A DNA stretch of 64,000 nt from Candidatus Nomurabacteria bacterium (GTDB taxonomy: Bacteria; Patescibacteriota; Minisyncoccia; Phycocordibacterales; UBA9973). The DNA lies in contig JBPOHQ010000002.1 of NCBI GenBank assembly GCA_052035405.1, forward strand, positions 334 to 64,333, in the 5' to 3' direction. Under the pieces are notes generated by a model. It worked only from the letters and a program-made list of their open reading frames with translations, was not told the origin of the DNA and made no database searches. Within the stretch, counting starts at the first letter, position 1. Each line of letters opens with the position of its first letter. The translations under genes and the position numbers were made by a program. This document shows, in pieces, positions 28,704 through 38,729 of the stretch.

Positions 28704-30053
28704 TTATTTTATAAATTTTTTATGTAATACGTTAATAATTTTATCTAAATTTGTTTCTCTGATTATTGCCTCGAGTCTGGTGCAGTTTTTGTAGAGGAAC
28801 GCACTTATTTCTAAGTCTGCTTTCATTTTTATAAGCATTGCGTTGAAATCATTTACATCATATACATCAAAATTTCCCACGAGGTAGACCATGGATACTG
28901 GATGCATATCCACATCTTTTACTTTTTTATTTATTTCCTCATAGACCTCATCTGCTTTACCGTTCGCATTATCGGCAACGATTTGAATACTGTATTGAGT
29001 GTTGCTGATAAGGATGATATCTACTTTATGTTTAAAAAACGCATTACTACTGATAGAGAGTAAACTATTTTCTTTTTTGCTTTCGTCGGAGATAGTGAAG
29101 AGCACTAAGTCCTTTTTATAACTCACTATTTTTGTGCCGTGTTTTAGTTTTTTTATATTTCCTACAGTAGTTTTTTGTTTTGGATCTGCGAGAGATGTGA
29201 TCTCGATAGGGGTATCGTGCATTTTTACGTACTGTATAGCTTTACCGTGGATTATCTTTCCAGCCTCTTCTGCTTCCTGATAGCTAATAAAAGGAATAGT
29301 TTTTGCAGTCTTTACTATTTTAGGATTTGCAGACATGACTCCACCGACGTCTTTCCAAAGAACTACTTTTGAAGCACGAAGACTAGCACCGATGAAGCAC
29401 GCTGTAGTATCTGTACCGCCACGACCGAGAGTCGTAGTGTCTCCGTTTTTTGTGATACCAGTAAATCCAGGTATAACAGGTACGATAGTCACATCCTTAA
29501 ATTTTTTCTGAACATTTTTCTCTGATTGACTGTAGAGTATATTTGAATTCTTGAAATTATCATCTGTTAGTATCTCTAAATCTTCTGCAAAAAAGACCCC
29601 TGATGGAACACCAAGATCTTCTAAATATACAGAAAACAAATTCGCAGAAAGTTTTTCGCCATAGGCTATAATGGCGTCCTCTTCTTTATTGGTAACTCCT
29701 TTAAAGCTTTCTAATTGTTTTTCTAGTTCACTAAAAGTTTTAATAAGGAGGGTAGTGGCTTTAATTCTATTTTCTTGAGACAGGTTTATATCTATAAGCG
29801 TCTGAGTATGTTTTTCTTTTAGCTTATTGAGTAAAGGTTTATAGTTTTTCTTCTCTTTAAGAGTTTTAGATATTGCTATAAGTTCATCCGTGACTCCAGG
29901 AAGTGCAGATACGACAACGACTGGAGAGTACCCAGCCTTGAGCTCTTCCTTGATGCGTTTCTCTATAAAAGGGATTAAGTCCTTTTTCAGAATTCCACCT
30001 CCAAATTTATTTACGATTATTTTTTTCACTCTGTAACTATAAGACTTTTGCAC
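28704..30053 (-). CDS. lysC: Aspartate kinase.
   Basis: IVNKFGGG N-terminal kinase motif, amino-acid kinase fold, C-terminal ACT-like region. The start may instead be the internal GTG at 30029. Confidence 0.8.
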   Translation of the reverse strand: MQKSYSYRVKKIIVNKFGGGILKKDLIPFIEKRIKEELKAGYSPVVVVSALPGVTDELIAISKTLKEKKNYKPLLNKLKEKHTQTLIDINLSQENRIKATTLLIKTFSELEKQLESFKGVTNKEEDAIIAYGEKLSANLFSVYLEDLGVPSGVFFAEDLEILTDDNFKNSNILYSQSEKNVQKKFKDVTIVPVIPGFTGITKNGDTTTLGRGGTDTTACFIGASLRASKVVLWKDVGGVMSANPKIVKTAKTIPFISYQEAEEAGKIIHGKAIQYVKMHDTPIEITSLADPKQKTTVGNIKKLKHGTKIVSYKKDLVLFTISDESKKENSLLSISSNAFFKHKVDIILISNTQYSIQIVADNANGKADEVYEEINKKVKDVDMHPVSMVYLVGNFDVYDVNDFNAMLIKMKADLEISAFLYKNCTRLEAIIRETNLDKIINVLHKKFIK

Positions 30054-30141
30054 CCAAAAATCAATCCGATGTATTTATTGTTATTTGATAGAGATTTGCT
30101 ATAGTTACAGTATTATTTAGTTAAAATTTTTAAATAAAGAT

Positions 30142-31392
30142 ATGTCTAAAATACTTGTTATAGGTTGTGGAAATGTCGGAAGTGTCGGTCTTCATAAGAT
30201 GGCTCAAACACCAAATATTTTTTCTGAAATTCATGTCGTTTCTCGAACACGTGCAAAGTGTGAAGCTGTGAATGCTTCTATCGTTAAAAAATCCAAAGGC
30301 AAGGTAAGTCTTAAAATTCATACAGCAAACGTTGGTGAGCCTGGAGTATTTTTGAATTTACTTCAAGAAGTGAAGCCTACTCTCGTAGTTAATTGGGGTT
30401 CTCCATATGACAATCTTGTAGTGATGGACGCTTGTCTAGAATACGGAGTTAACTACATTGATACTGCATGTTATGAAAATCCAGAAAAGTACGGCTTCTC
30501 TTACAAACTTCAACTTGCAAAAAATGAAGAATTCAAAAAGAAAGGCCTTCTTGCAATCCTGGGTTCAGGATTTGATCCAGGTGTTTCAAATATTTATTCT
30601 GCATATGCTCGGGACTATTTATTCGACAAGATAGATACCATTGATATCTTAGATTGTAATGGTGGAAGTAAAGATAAGAAGATAAAATTCGCACCAAACT
30701 TTGATCCAGAAATAAATCTACGTGAACTTATCTTACCTATCGAATACTGGAAGAATGGTAAATGGGTAAAAAGAGGAAAACTAATTGATGAAGATGCGGC
30801 ATTTTTTGAATTTGATTTCCCAGAGGCTGGGAAGTTTACTCCATACCTCATGTATCATGAAGAATTGGAAACTATTCCAAAACATATTCCAGGACTCAAA
30901 CAAATTCGTTTTTGGATGACATTTTCACCAGCGTACCTCACATATCTTCGAGTGCTCTATGAAGTAGGTATGACTCGTATTGATGAAGTGGACTATGATG
31001 GCAAGAAAGTGGTACCTGTAAAATTCTTAAAGAAAATTTTACCTACTGGAGAGGATTTCAATTCTGGCTATAAAGGTAAGACGAATATTGGAAATATTAT
31101 TTCTGGAACAAAGAAAGGCAAGAAACAATATATGTATATCTACAACGTCTGTGATCACCAGAAAGCATTCAAGGAAACAAATGGTAATGCTATAGGATAC
31201 ACAACGGCTATTCCGACAGTCACCACTGCAAAACTTGTACTTCAAGGTAAATGGGGTGGTGTGGGGGTCAAGAATACTGAAGACAAGTCATTCGACTCTA
31301 AAGTATACATAGAAGAAATGGCAAAAACTGGACTTACTACAGTGGTGAAGAAGTTAAAAGATTTACCAAAAGCTTTAAAGCAGAATTACTAA
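30142..31392 (+). CDS. Carboxynorspermidine/carboxyspermidine dehydrogenase (saccharopine dehydrogenase family).
   Basis: ILVIGCGNVG Rossmann motif and saccharopine dehydrogenase-like sequence. Immediately followed by the decarboxylase, as in the alternative spermidine pathway. Confidence 0.7.
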   Translation: MSKILVIGCGNVGSVGLHKMAQTPNIFSEIHVVSRTRAKCEAVNASIVKKSKGKVSLKIHTANVGEPGVFLNLLQEVKPTLVVNWGSPYDNLVVMDACLEYGVNYIDTACYENPEKYGFSYKLQLAKNEEFKKKGLLAILGSGFDPGVSNIYSAYARDYLFDKIDTIDILDCNGGSKDKKIKFAPNFDPEINLRELILPIEYWKNGKWVKRGKLIDEDAAFFEFDFPEAGKFTPYLMYHEELETIPKHIPGLKQIRFWMTFSPAYLTYLRVLYEVGMTRIDEVDYDGKKVVPVKFLKKILPTGEDFNSGYKGKTNIGNIISGTKKGKKQYMYIYNVCDHQKAFKETNGNAIGYTTAIPTVTTAKLVLQGKWGGVGVKNTEDKSFDSKVYIEEMAKTGLTTVVKKLKDLPKALKQNY

Positions 31393-31394
31393 AA

Positions 31395-32600
31395 ATGAAA
31401 GATTCAGAAAAATTTATCGAGCCATGGGTCACTGAAGAAGGCTGGAAGGCAGAGGATTTTAAAAAAGTCCCTACGCCTTGCTACGTGGTATCAGAAGCTC
31501 ATCTAGAGAGGAATTTTAAAATTCTCAACCAAGTAGAGAAGGATACTGGGGTGCATGTACTTATGGCACTCAAAGGTTTTTCAATGTTCTCAACTTTTCC
31601 ATTGGCAAAGAAATATCTTTCAGGTTCTGAGGCGAGCTCTGTAAATGAGGCTCGCCTTGGAAGAGAAAAATTTGGCAAAGAGATGCATGTGTTTTCTCCT
31701 TCATACACAAAAGAAAATCTTAAAGAATATTTAAAATACGCTGACCATCTAGTATTCAATTCTTTCTCCCAGTGGGGTGCGTTTAAAGATGTGATTAAGA
31801 AACACAATAAAAACGCAAAGAAAAAAGTTTCCTGTGGTATGCGGGTGAATCTCGAACATAGTGAAGCCGAGGTCTCTATGTACAACCCTTCTGCACCGCA
31901 TTCACACTTTGGAGTAACCCTTAAAGAATTCCAGAAAGATAACCTAACTGAATTAGAAGGACTACATTTTCACAATTTATGCGAACTTGATGCTGATGCA
32001 CTTGTACGAAGTCTCAAGGTCTTTGAAGAGAAGTTTGGTAAATTCTTGCCTGCTATGAAGTGGGTAAACTTTGGTGGAGGGCACCATATCACTCGCGATG
32101 GCTATAATTTAGAATTACTCAAAAAAACTTTAATAGACTTCAAATCTCGCTATCCGCACCTGACTGTATACATGGAGCCAGGCGAAGCTACGGCACTCAA
32201 CGCTGGGGTCCTTGTAGGGTCTGTGGTGGATATATTAAGGAACGAAATGGATATAGCAGTGCTTGATATCTCACCGACTTGTCACATGCCGGATGTGCTG
32301 GAGATTCCGTATTTGCCAAGGATTATCGGAGTGGACTTCGTGAAAGAGGGTAGTAAAAATGTGTACAGACTCGTAGGTCCTACTTGTCTGACTGGAGACG
32401 TAATAGGAGACTACTCATTTAAAACTCCTCTTAAAATCGGTGACAAAGTCGTGTTCCTCAATATGGCGATATATACCATGGTAAAGAACAACACCTTCAA
32501 CGGAGTAGATTTGCCTTCAATCGCAATTCAAGATAAAAAAGGTAAAATAAAAATTATTAAAAAGTTTGATTATAAGGATTTTAAAGAAAGACTATCTTAA
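31395..32600 (+). CDS. nspC: Carboxynorspermidine/carboxyspermidine decarboxylase (PLP-dependent, alanine racemase fold).
   Basis: PLP-binding Lys in the HVLMALKGFS context, fold III decarboxylase architecture, NspC-like length. Confidence 0.7.
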   Translation: MKDSEKFIEPWVTEEGWKAEDFKKVPTPCYVVSEAHLERNFKILNQVEKDTGVHVLMALKGFSMFSTFPLAKKYLSGSEASSVNEARLGREKFGKEMHVFSPSYTKENLKEYLKYADHLVFNSFSQWGAFKDVIKKHNKNAKKKVSCGMRVNLEHSEAEVSMYNPSAPHSHFGVTLKEFQKDNLTELEGLHFHNLCELDADALVRSLKVFEEKFGKFLPAMKWVNFGGGHHITRDGYNLELLKKTLIDFKSRYPHLTVYMEPGEATALNAGVLVGSVVDILRNEMDIAVLDISPTCHMPDVLEIPYLPRIIGVDFVKEGSKNVYRLVGPTCLTGDVIGDYSFKTPLKIGDKVVFLNMAIYTMVKNNTFNGVDLPSIAIQDKKGKIKIIKKFDYKDFKERLS

Positions 32601-32631
32601 ATTACACAGGGTTACCTTATGTAAAAACTCT

Positions 32632-32946
32632 ATGACTTTCAGCGAACGCGTGGTAAAAATTGCATTATCTATTCCAAAAGGTCGGGTGACTACCTATGGC
32701 AATATTTCTCGAGCAGCGGGCGGTGGAACGATGGCTTCACAGAGTATTACAAATATCTTAGGTAAAGCGTACATGGCTGGAGAGAAAAAGATTCCGTTCC
32801 ACCGAATAGTCTACGCAGGTGGAAAGATCTGGGTAGATGACAAGCACAGAAAGGAACGCATGACACTATACAAGAAAGAAGGCATAAAAATAGATAGTAA
32901 GGATAGGATAGAAAACTTCCGAGATATTGTGATAGAATTTAAATAA
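32632..32946 (+). CDS. Alkyltransferase-like (ATL) protein: MGMT-family DNA-binding domain lacking the acceptor cysteine.
   Basis: TYGNISRAAGGG…IPFHRIVYAGG matches the MGMT helix-turn-helix and P-C-H-R-V motif, with Phe in place of the catalytic Cys. The ATG at 32632 is preferred. Confidence 0.55.
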   Translation: MTFSERVVKIALSIPKGRVTTYGNISRAAGGGTMASQSITNILGKAYMAGEKKIPFHRIVYAGGKIWVDDKHRKERMTLYKKEGIKIDSKDRIENFRDIVIEFK

Positions 32947-32948
32947 TT

Positions 32949-34004
32949 ATGGATCAACAACAAAGAGAACAAAAGAGGTCAGAAAAATTAGCTAACTTTA
33001 ATCAAAATGAAAATGGTCTGCATGACCATGGTATTTTTGGTTTACCTTTTGGAACAGAAGAATCAGAACTTGTATTGGTGCCATTACCGTGGGAGGCGAC
33101 AGTGTCTTATAAGACAGGTGCTGCAGATGGACCGAAGGCAATACTGGACGCTTCACAACAGATAGATCTATATGATCAAATTAATTCTGATGGATGGAAA
33201 AAGGGTATTGCTATGATGGATATTCCAGAAAGTGTTTTTTCAAAAAGCAAAGAAATTCGTGAGAAAGTAGAAAAGTATTTAGAAAAATATACTACTGGTA
33301 CAGTCGACGATGAATTGAAAAGAGATATAAATCAGGCGTGTCTTTTATTTAAACAAGATGTTAAAGACCTTAGTCTTTCCTTGGTCAATGAAGGAAAGGT
33401 TGTAGGAATAGTAGGAGGAGACCATAGTGTACCACTTGGATACCTTGAGGCGTTAGCTACCAAACATGAAAAGTTTGGCATACTTCATATCGATGCTCAT
33501 GCAGACTTACGTGAAGCCTATGAAGGCTTCGAATATTCGCATGCTTCTATTTTTTATAATGTTTTAAAAATTGAAAATGTAGAAAAATTGGTACAGATAG
33601 GTATACGAGATTTTTCCCAAGGTGAAAAGGATTTAGTAGATAAAGAAAATGGAAGAGTAAAAATGTTCACAGAATACGGTATACGTAAAGATCTTTTTGA
33701 AGGTAGAAAATGGAAAGATATATGCGAAGACATAGTACATGAGTTACCTGAGAAAGTTTATATATCTTTTGATATTGATGGACTTGCTCCGCATTTGTCT
33801 CCTAACACCGGCACTCCCGTGCTTGGTGGTTTCTCTTTGGAAGAAGTTGTGTATTTATTTGAAAAGATTCTAGGATCCGGTAAAAAAATAATAGGTTTTG
33901 ATCTATGCGAAGTTGCTCCAGGTAAAGACGGTGAATGGGATGGCAACGTAGGTGCAAGAGTTTTGTATAAACTTTGCTTAGTTTCTTTAAAGGGACGTAT
34001 CTAA
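32949..34004 (+). CDS. Ureohydrolase of the arginase/agmatinase family (agmatinase suggested by polyamine context).
   Basis: Mn-binding motifs GGDHSV, DAHADL, SFDIDGLAP. Confidence 0.7.
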   Translation: MDQQQREQKRSEKLANFNQNENGLHDHGIFGLPFGTEESELVLVPLPWEATVSYKTGAADGPKAILDASQQIDLYDQINSDGWKKGIAMMDIPESVFSKSKEIREKVEKYLEKYTTGTVDDELKRDINQACLLFKQDVKDLSLSLVNEGKVVGIVGGDHSVPLGYLEALATKHEKFGILHIDAHADLREAYEGFEYSHASIFYNVLKIENVEKLVQIGIRDFSQGEKDLVDKENGRVKMFTEYGIRKDLFEGRKWKDICEDIVHELPEKVYISFDIDGLAPHLSPNTGTPVLGGFSLEEVVYLFEKILGSGKKIIGFDLCEVAPGKDGEWDGNVGARVLYKLCLVSLKGRI

Positions 34005-34005
34005 C

Positions 34006-34752
34006 ATGGATAAAAAAAATAAAACAAAACTAGTACACGAAGTACGTGCTGTAAAGACTAAGGCTGAATTAGAAAAGATAATTAAAGCTCAGAGGATAAG
34101 CGAGCAAGTTTTGAGTGAAGTTTTAAAGTTTCTAAAGACAGGCGTCACAGAGATCGAAGTATCTAATTTTATTAAAAAATCTTTCATAAAAAATAAAGTA
34201 CCAGTACTCGCATTTCCTCCTATTGTTGCTTTTGGTAAAAATTCTGCAAATATTCATCATGAGCCTACGAAGGCTAAACTTAAAGTAGGAGATACGATAA
34301 TGCTCGATTTTGGTACTACGGTAAATCATTATTGTTCAGACATGACTCGTACATATTTCTGGGGTGAACCTAGTGCAAGACAAAAGGAGATATATCTCGG
34401 GGTGCTCGAGGCGATGAATCGAGCTTTTCTAAAATTAAAATCAGGGGAGACTAATTGTCATGTGATAGACAAAGTCTCACGAGATTATTTAGTAAAGAAA
34501 TTCGGTAAAGGTAGCTTTCCTCATACACTCGGGCATGGAGTAGGAACAGTCATTCATGAATGGCCGAGTTTTAGACCAAAGTCAGAAGATAAAATTATTC
34601 CAGGTCACGTAATGACTGTCGAACCGGGACTTTATTTTAAAGGTTTTGGAGGAGTACGTATTGAAGATATGATACTTATTACTAAAAAAGGATACGAAAA
34701 CCTAACACACGTACCAAAAGATTTACAAAATATTATCCTCGAACCCTGTTAA
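34006..34752 (+). CDS. M24-family metallopeptidase (Xaa-Pro peptidase-like, catalytic pita-bread domain only).
   Basis: Metal ligands in DFGTTVNHYCSDMTRT, HGVGTVIHE, GHVMTVEPG, RIEDMILIT. Confidence 0.7.
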   Translation: MDKKNKTKLVHEVRAVKTKAELEKIIKAQRISEQVLSEVLKFLKTGVTEIEVSNFIKKSFIKNKVPVLAFPPIVAFGKNSANIHHEPTKAKLKVGDTIMLDFGTTVNHYCSDMTRTYFWGEPSARQKEIYLGVLEAMNRAFLKLKSGETNCHVIDKVSRDYLVKKFGKGSFPHTLGHGVGTVIHEWPSFRPKSEDKIIPGHVMTVEPGLYFKGFGGVRIEDMILITKKGYENLTHVPKDLQNIILEPC

Positions 34753-34803
34753 TATTTTTTGATATTTTGTAAAAACTTAATATTGGTTTATATTTAATAA
34801 TGA

Positions 34804-36102
34804 ATGAAAAAACTTTTCAGAAAAATTATTGTATTTGTCTTAAAAAAAGAGGCACAACTCGTGCTTTGGAAATATAAGCCTAAAATTGTTGCTATTACTG
34901 GGTCCGTAGGTAAGACCTCCACTAAAGATGCAGTATATACAATGATGCATGGTCATGTGAACGTACGCAGAAGTGAGAAGAGCTACAATAGTCAAATAGG
35001 GCTTCCTCTTACTATCCTAAATATTCCAAATGGTTGGAATAATCCTTTTGTCTGGTTTGTAAATATTTGTAAAGGTTTGTGGCTTTTTATATGGCCTCAT
35101 AATTTTCCAGAGTGGTTAGTACTTGAAGTTGGAGTCGGTAAACCAGGGGACATGGCAGAGACCGCATCATGGCTCAAGACTGATAGGGTGATTATCACGG
35201 CGATAGGTGCGACTCCTGTGCACATAGAATTTTTTAAGTCCAAAGAACACTTGGTAGAAGAAAAAAGTGGGCTCATAAATACACTAAAGAAAGATGGAAT
35301 TTTGATATTAAATGCTGATGATCCTATTGTTGTGGGCATGCAGACAAAAACAAAAAATAAAATCTTTAGATATGGCTTTAATACAGAAGCAGATTTAATA
35401 GCTTCCAATATGACTCTATCTTATTCTGAGAACAAGAAGCCAGAAGGAGTGACTTTTACTGTACAAAGAAAAGGTGGAGATATTGTGCCGGTAGTGATGC
35501 AAGGTAGATTTGGTAAAAATCATATGTATTCCACGCTTGCGGCTTTCGCTGTGAGTTGTAGCTTAGATTGGAATATTTATGAAGCTATCCGTGAATTAAA
35601 AAATTATCAAGTCCCTCGTGGGCGTATGTGTCTAATCCCAGGTGTGGAGGGTAGTATAATTATAGACGACACATACAACTCTTCTCCTGTAGCTTCGGAG
35701 GCAGCATTGGAAACATTGAAAGAGGTAGGTGGTAATGGTAGAAAAATAGTTGCTTTAGGTGACATGCTCGAATTAGGAGAAGATAGTGAAGAAGCTCATA
35801 GATTTATAGGGAAAATAGCTAAAGATTCCTGCAATTTTCTGATAACAGTAGGCGAGAGGGCTAAGTTTATAAAAGCTGGCGCGATAGAAGCCGGTATGCA
35901 TATAGAAAATATATTTGAATTTTCAAACTCAAAAGAAGCGGGTGATTTCCTTCGAGATTTTATCCAGACAGGGGACATAATACTAGTGAAAGGTTCTCAG
36001 GGTATTCGTATGGAGAGGGTTGTCGCTGCTATTCTTCGAGATATAGATATGAAGGGTAGTCTTCTCGTTCGACAAGAAAAGGAGTGGCTAGATAAGAAAT
36101 AA
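34804..36102 (+). CDS. murF: Mur ligase family, probably UDP-MurNAc-tripeptide--D-Ala-D-Ala ligase.
   Basis: ITGSVGKTSTK P-loop, Mur ligase central and C-terminal domains, about 430 aa. Confidence 0.65.
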   Translation: MKKLFRKIIVFVLKKEAQLVLWKYKPKIVAITGSVGKTSTKDAVYTMMHGHVNVRRSEKSYNSQIGLPLTILNIPNGWNNPFVWFVNICKGLWLFIWPHNFPEWLVLEVGVGKPGDMAETASWLKTDRVIITAIGATPVHIEFFKSKEHLVEEKSGLINTLKKDGILILNADDPIVVGMQTKTKNKIFRYGFNTEADLIASNMTLSYSENKKPEGVTFTVQRKGGDIVPVVMQGRFGKNHMYSTLAAFAVSCSLDWNIYEAIRELKNYQVPRGRMCLIPGVEGSIIIDDTYNSSPVASEAALETLKEVGGNGRKIVALGDMLELGEDSEEAHRFIGKIAKDSCNFLITVGERAKFIKAGAIEAGMHIENIFEFSNSKEAGDFLRDFIQTGDIILVKGSQGIRMERVVAAILRDIDMKGSLLVRQEKEWLDKK

Positions 36103-36171
36103 AATAATTTCATCCTGTTGACTTTATATAAAAGTAATGTATTATTACTTTTAAACTAAAAGCTCTTCGGT

Positions 36172-36627
36172 ATGAAAAGAAATCTCTTTAAGAAGAATTT
36201 TTTGACTGTGATCAAAAATTCTTGTGGAACTAACATGTTCCGAAATTACTTTTACCAAAATCTCGGAGATATCCTTAAAAATGGCGATCTTTCATGTGCC
36301 TACTTTGTGTCTATTGTTTTACTTATGTTTGGCTTTGTTGATAAACCTTATTTTCGGGTTTTAGATACTATTGCTGAAATGGAGAAAAATGGATGGTATG
36401 AAATTACAAAGTTGCGCAAGGGTTGTATTGTTGTATGGAATCCGATTGTTCAAAATGGTGGTACCCACCTCCATATAGGTTTTTATATGGGTAAAGGTAT
36501 TGCGATTTCGAATAGAAGTTCCCTGGGGGTTCCTGGTGAACACTCAGTAACTGCTTCCGGCTTGGATAAGACGCCAACAAAAATCGGCACCATTCGCACT
36601 ATTTACTGGCACGACAAACTGGGTTAG
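36172..36627 (+). CDS. Hypothetical protein with a possible papain-like Cys/His (NlpC/P60- or CHAP-like) arrangement.
   Basis: NGDLSCAYFVS (Cys) and GGTHLHIGFY (His). Weak call from spacing only. Confidence 0.3.
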   Translation: MKRNLFKKNFLTVIKNSCGTNMFRNYFYQNLGDILKNGDLSCAYFVSIVLLMFGFVDKPYFRVLDTIAEMEKNGWYEITKLRKGCIVVWNPIVQNGGTHLHIGFYMGKGIAISNRSSLGVPGEHSVTASGLDKTPTKIGTIRTIYWHDKLG

Positions 36628-36636
36628 ACTATTCCC

Positions 36637-37149
36637 ATGGAAAACATAGTCATCAAAAAAAAAGAAGGGGCTTACGTTGTCGAGTATAACGAAGCCTTTT
36701 TTTATTGCGTAATTGGTAAAAATGGAATTACTAGAGATAAAAAAGAAGGCGACTGGATGACACCAGTAGGAACTTTTAAAATTCAAGAAGTTTTTTATCG
36801 AAAAGACAGAGTAGATGCATTTATTTGTGATTTTGAGTTAAATTCAATATCAGAAGATGACGGCTGGTGCGATGATCCAACCTCTCCAGAATATAATCAT
36901 TTTGTGAAATTACCGTATCCTTTTAGTGCTGAAAATTTGTGGAGGGAAGACGATTTGTATGATATTGTGGCTGTTTTAGACTATAACTCTGATCCTGTTA
37001 TACCAGGTAAAGGCAGTGCTATTTTTATACATGTAGCAAAAGAAGGTATGGAATACACAAAAGGCTGTGTTGCCTTAAAAAAAGATGATTTAATAAAGCT
37101 CTTGGGTCTTATTCATAAAGATACAGGGGTCCATATAAACCAGGATTAA
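36637..37149 (+). CDS. L,D-transpeptidase catalytic domain protein (YkuD fold).
   Basis: GSAIFIHVA…GMEYTKGCVAL matches the YkuD H…(S/T)xGC(V/I) active-site motif. Confidence 0.65.
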   Translation: MENIVIKKKEGAYVVEYNEAFFYCVIGKNGITRDKKEGDWMTPVGTFKIQEVFYRKDRVDAFICDFELNSISEDDGWCDDPTSPEYNHFVKLPYPFSAENLWREDDLYDIVAVLDYNSDPVIPGKGSAIFIHVAKEGMEYTKGCVALKKDDLIKLLGLIHKDTGVHINQD

Positions 37150-37189
37150 TATAGTTGCAATTTCGCTTAAACTATACTATTATAGGACC

Positions 37190-37348
37190 ATGTCACAAGA
37201 AAGACTTATAAAACTTGCCTGCGGAACTTGTAAAAGAGTAAACTACTGGTCACGCAAGAACAAAAAGACCGTTACAAAGAAACTTGAACTCAAGAAGTAC
37301 TGTAAGTGGTGCAAGGAGCAAAAGAAACACAAAGAAATCAAGAAATAA
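37190..37348 (+). CDS. rpmG: 50S ribosomal protein L33.
   Basis: Not in the ORF track. Manual translation gives MSQERLIKLACGTCKRVNYWSRKNKKTVTKKLELKKYCKWCKEQKKHKEIKK (CxxC…CxxC L33 zinc ribbon). Confidence 0.8.
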   Translation: MSQERLIKLACGTCKRVNYWSRKNKKTVTKKLELKKYCKWCKEQKKHKEIKK

Positions 37349-37444
37349 TATTTTTAGGATATTTACTATTACAAAATCAACAAGAATTCTTGTTGATTTT
37401 GTCGTTTATTGGTATCATAGTATAAGTAAAATCATATTATATCG

Positions 37445-38689
37445 ATGAACATAAACCCTTTAGTATATTTAATATCTTTTCTATTTTTTGTATTTTTAGC
37501 AGCCTTTTTTATTCTCCAGACCAGAAGACGAGAAAAAAAGGTAGACCAGTTTAATGAAATGCTTTCCAGTATGACGGACGGTGTTTTGGTTGTGGATCTT
37601 AAGAACAGAATTCGTTTTGTAAACGGTGCTGCAAAGAGGATCATTCATTTACCAGAGAAAAAGGATGCGACTATTTTTGATTTTGTGAGTTATCTCGGAA
37701 ATAATTTCGACATTATTAATCGCCTTCGTGAGTCTATTGATACAAATAAAGAATATTGTTCGGAGCATATACCTCTTGGAGATAAATATTTTCAGATATT
37801 TGTATTACCAGTAAAAGGAGTATCTTTTTTAGGTCATGATATAATCACAGGTGGCATGGTTGTTTTTCATAATATTACTTCAGAGGTTGCTGTAGAGACC
37901 TTACGTAAGGATTTCACCTCTATGCTTATTCATGAACTTCGTTCACCTCTTGATGGTATAAAAAAAATAACTGAACTCCTTAAGAATAAAAATATAAAAT
38001 TGGAAGAGAAAAGTTATGAAGACTATATAGAACTCATTCATAAAAATTCTTCTTCGATGCTCGAACTCGTGAGTGACATATTGGACGTAGATAAAATAGA
38101 GGCAGGGAAATTTACAATTACCAAACAAGAAGCAGATATTAAAAAAGTGATAGGAGATAGAGTAGACTTCTATCAAACTGTAGCAAAAGATGCAGGTGTA
38201 AATCTCGTAGCTTTATTTAGTGAGAATGTTCCAAGTACTATGATGTTTGACCCAGATGCAATAGAGCATGTACTCTCAAACCTTATTTCAAATGCGATAA
38301 AATACACAAATAAAAACGGTGATGTAAAGGTTATTACTTTTTTACATGAAGGAGGAGCAGATATTCAAGAAGAAGCAGAAAAAGTAGGCTATACTTCATC
38401 AAACCATTTTCCAGAAAAAGTCGTGCAAGTATTACTTCATGAAAAAGAGTCCTTTCTTGTTGTTATGGTCTCAGATACAGGTATAGGTATAAAGCAAGAT
38501 GATATCAGGAGTATTTTCAGTAAATTTAAACAATTAAATACAAAGGATGCTGTGTCAAAAAAGACTCGTGGTACAGGGCTCGGACTCGTCATTGCAAAAG
38601 GTGTGGTAAACGAACACAAAGGAGAGATAGGGGTTTTGTCCAAAGAAGGTGAGGGTAGCACTTTCTTTTTTACATTGCCATTGGTATAA
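37445..38689 (+). CDS. Sensor histidine kinase (TM, PAS-like, HisKA, HATPase_c).
   Basis: N-terminal TM. H-box HELRSPL. N-, G1- and G2-boxes (NAIKYT, DTGIGI, GTGLGL). Confidence 0.8.
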   Translation: MNINPLVYLISFLFFVFLAAFFILQTRRREKKVDQFNEMLSSMTDGVLVVDLKNRIRFVNGAAKRIIHLPEKKDATIFDFVSYLGNNFDIINRLRESIDTNKEYCSEHIPLGDKYFQIFVLPVKGVSFLGHDIITGGMVVFHNITSEVAVETLRKDFTSMLIHELRSPLDGIKKITELLKNKNIKLEEKSYEDYIELIHKNSSSMLELVSDILDVDKIEAGKFTITKQEADIKKVIGDRVDFYQTVAKDAGVNLVALFSENVPSTMMFDPDAIEHVLSNLISNAIKYTNKNGDVKVITFLHEGGADIQEEAEKVGYTSSNHFPEKVVQVLLHEKESFLVVMVSDTGIGIKQDDIRSIFSKFKQLNTKDAVSKKTRGTGLGLVIAKGVVNEHKGEIGVLSKEGEGSTFFFTLPLV

Positions 38690-38729
38690 TACTTTTATAA
38701 TAATAACGTTTAATTTTTTGAGATAATTT

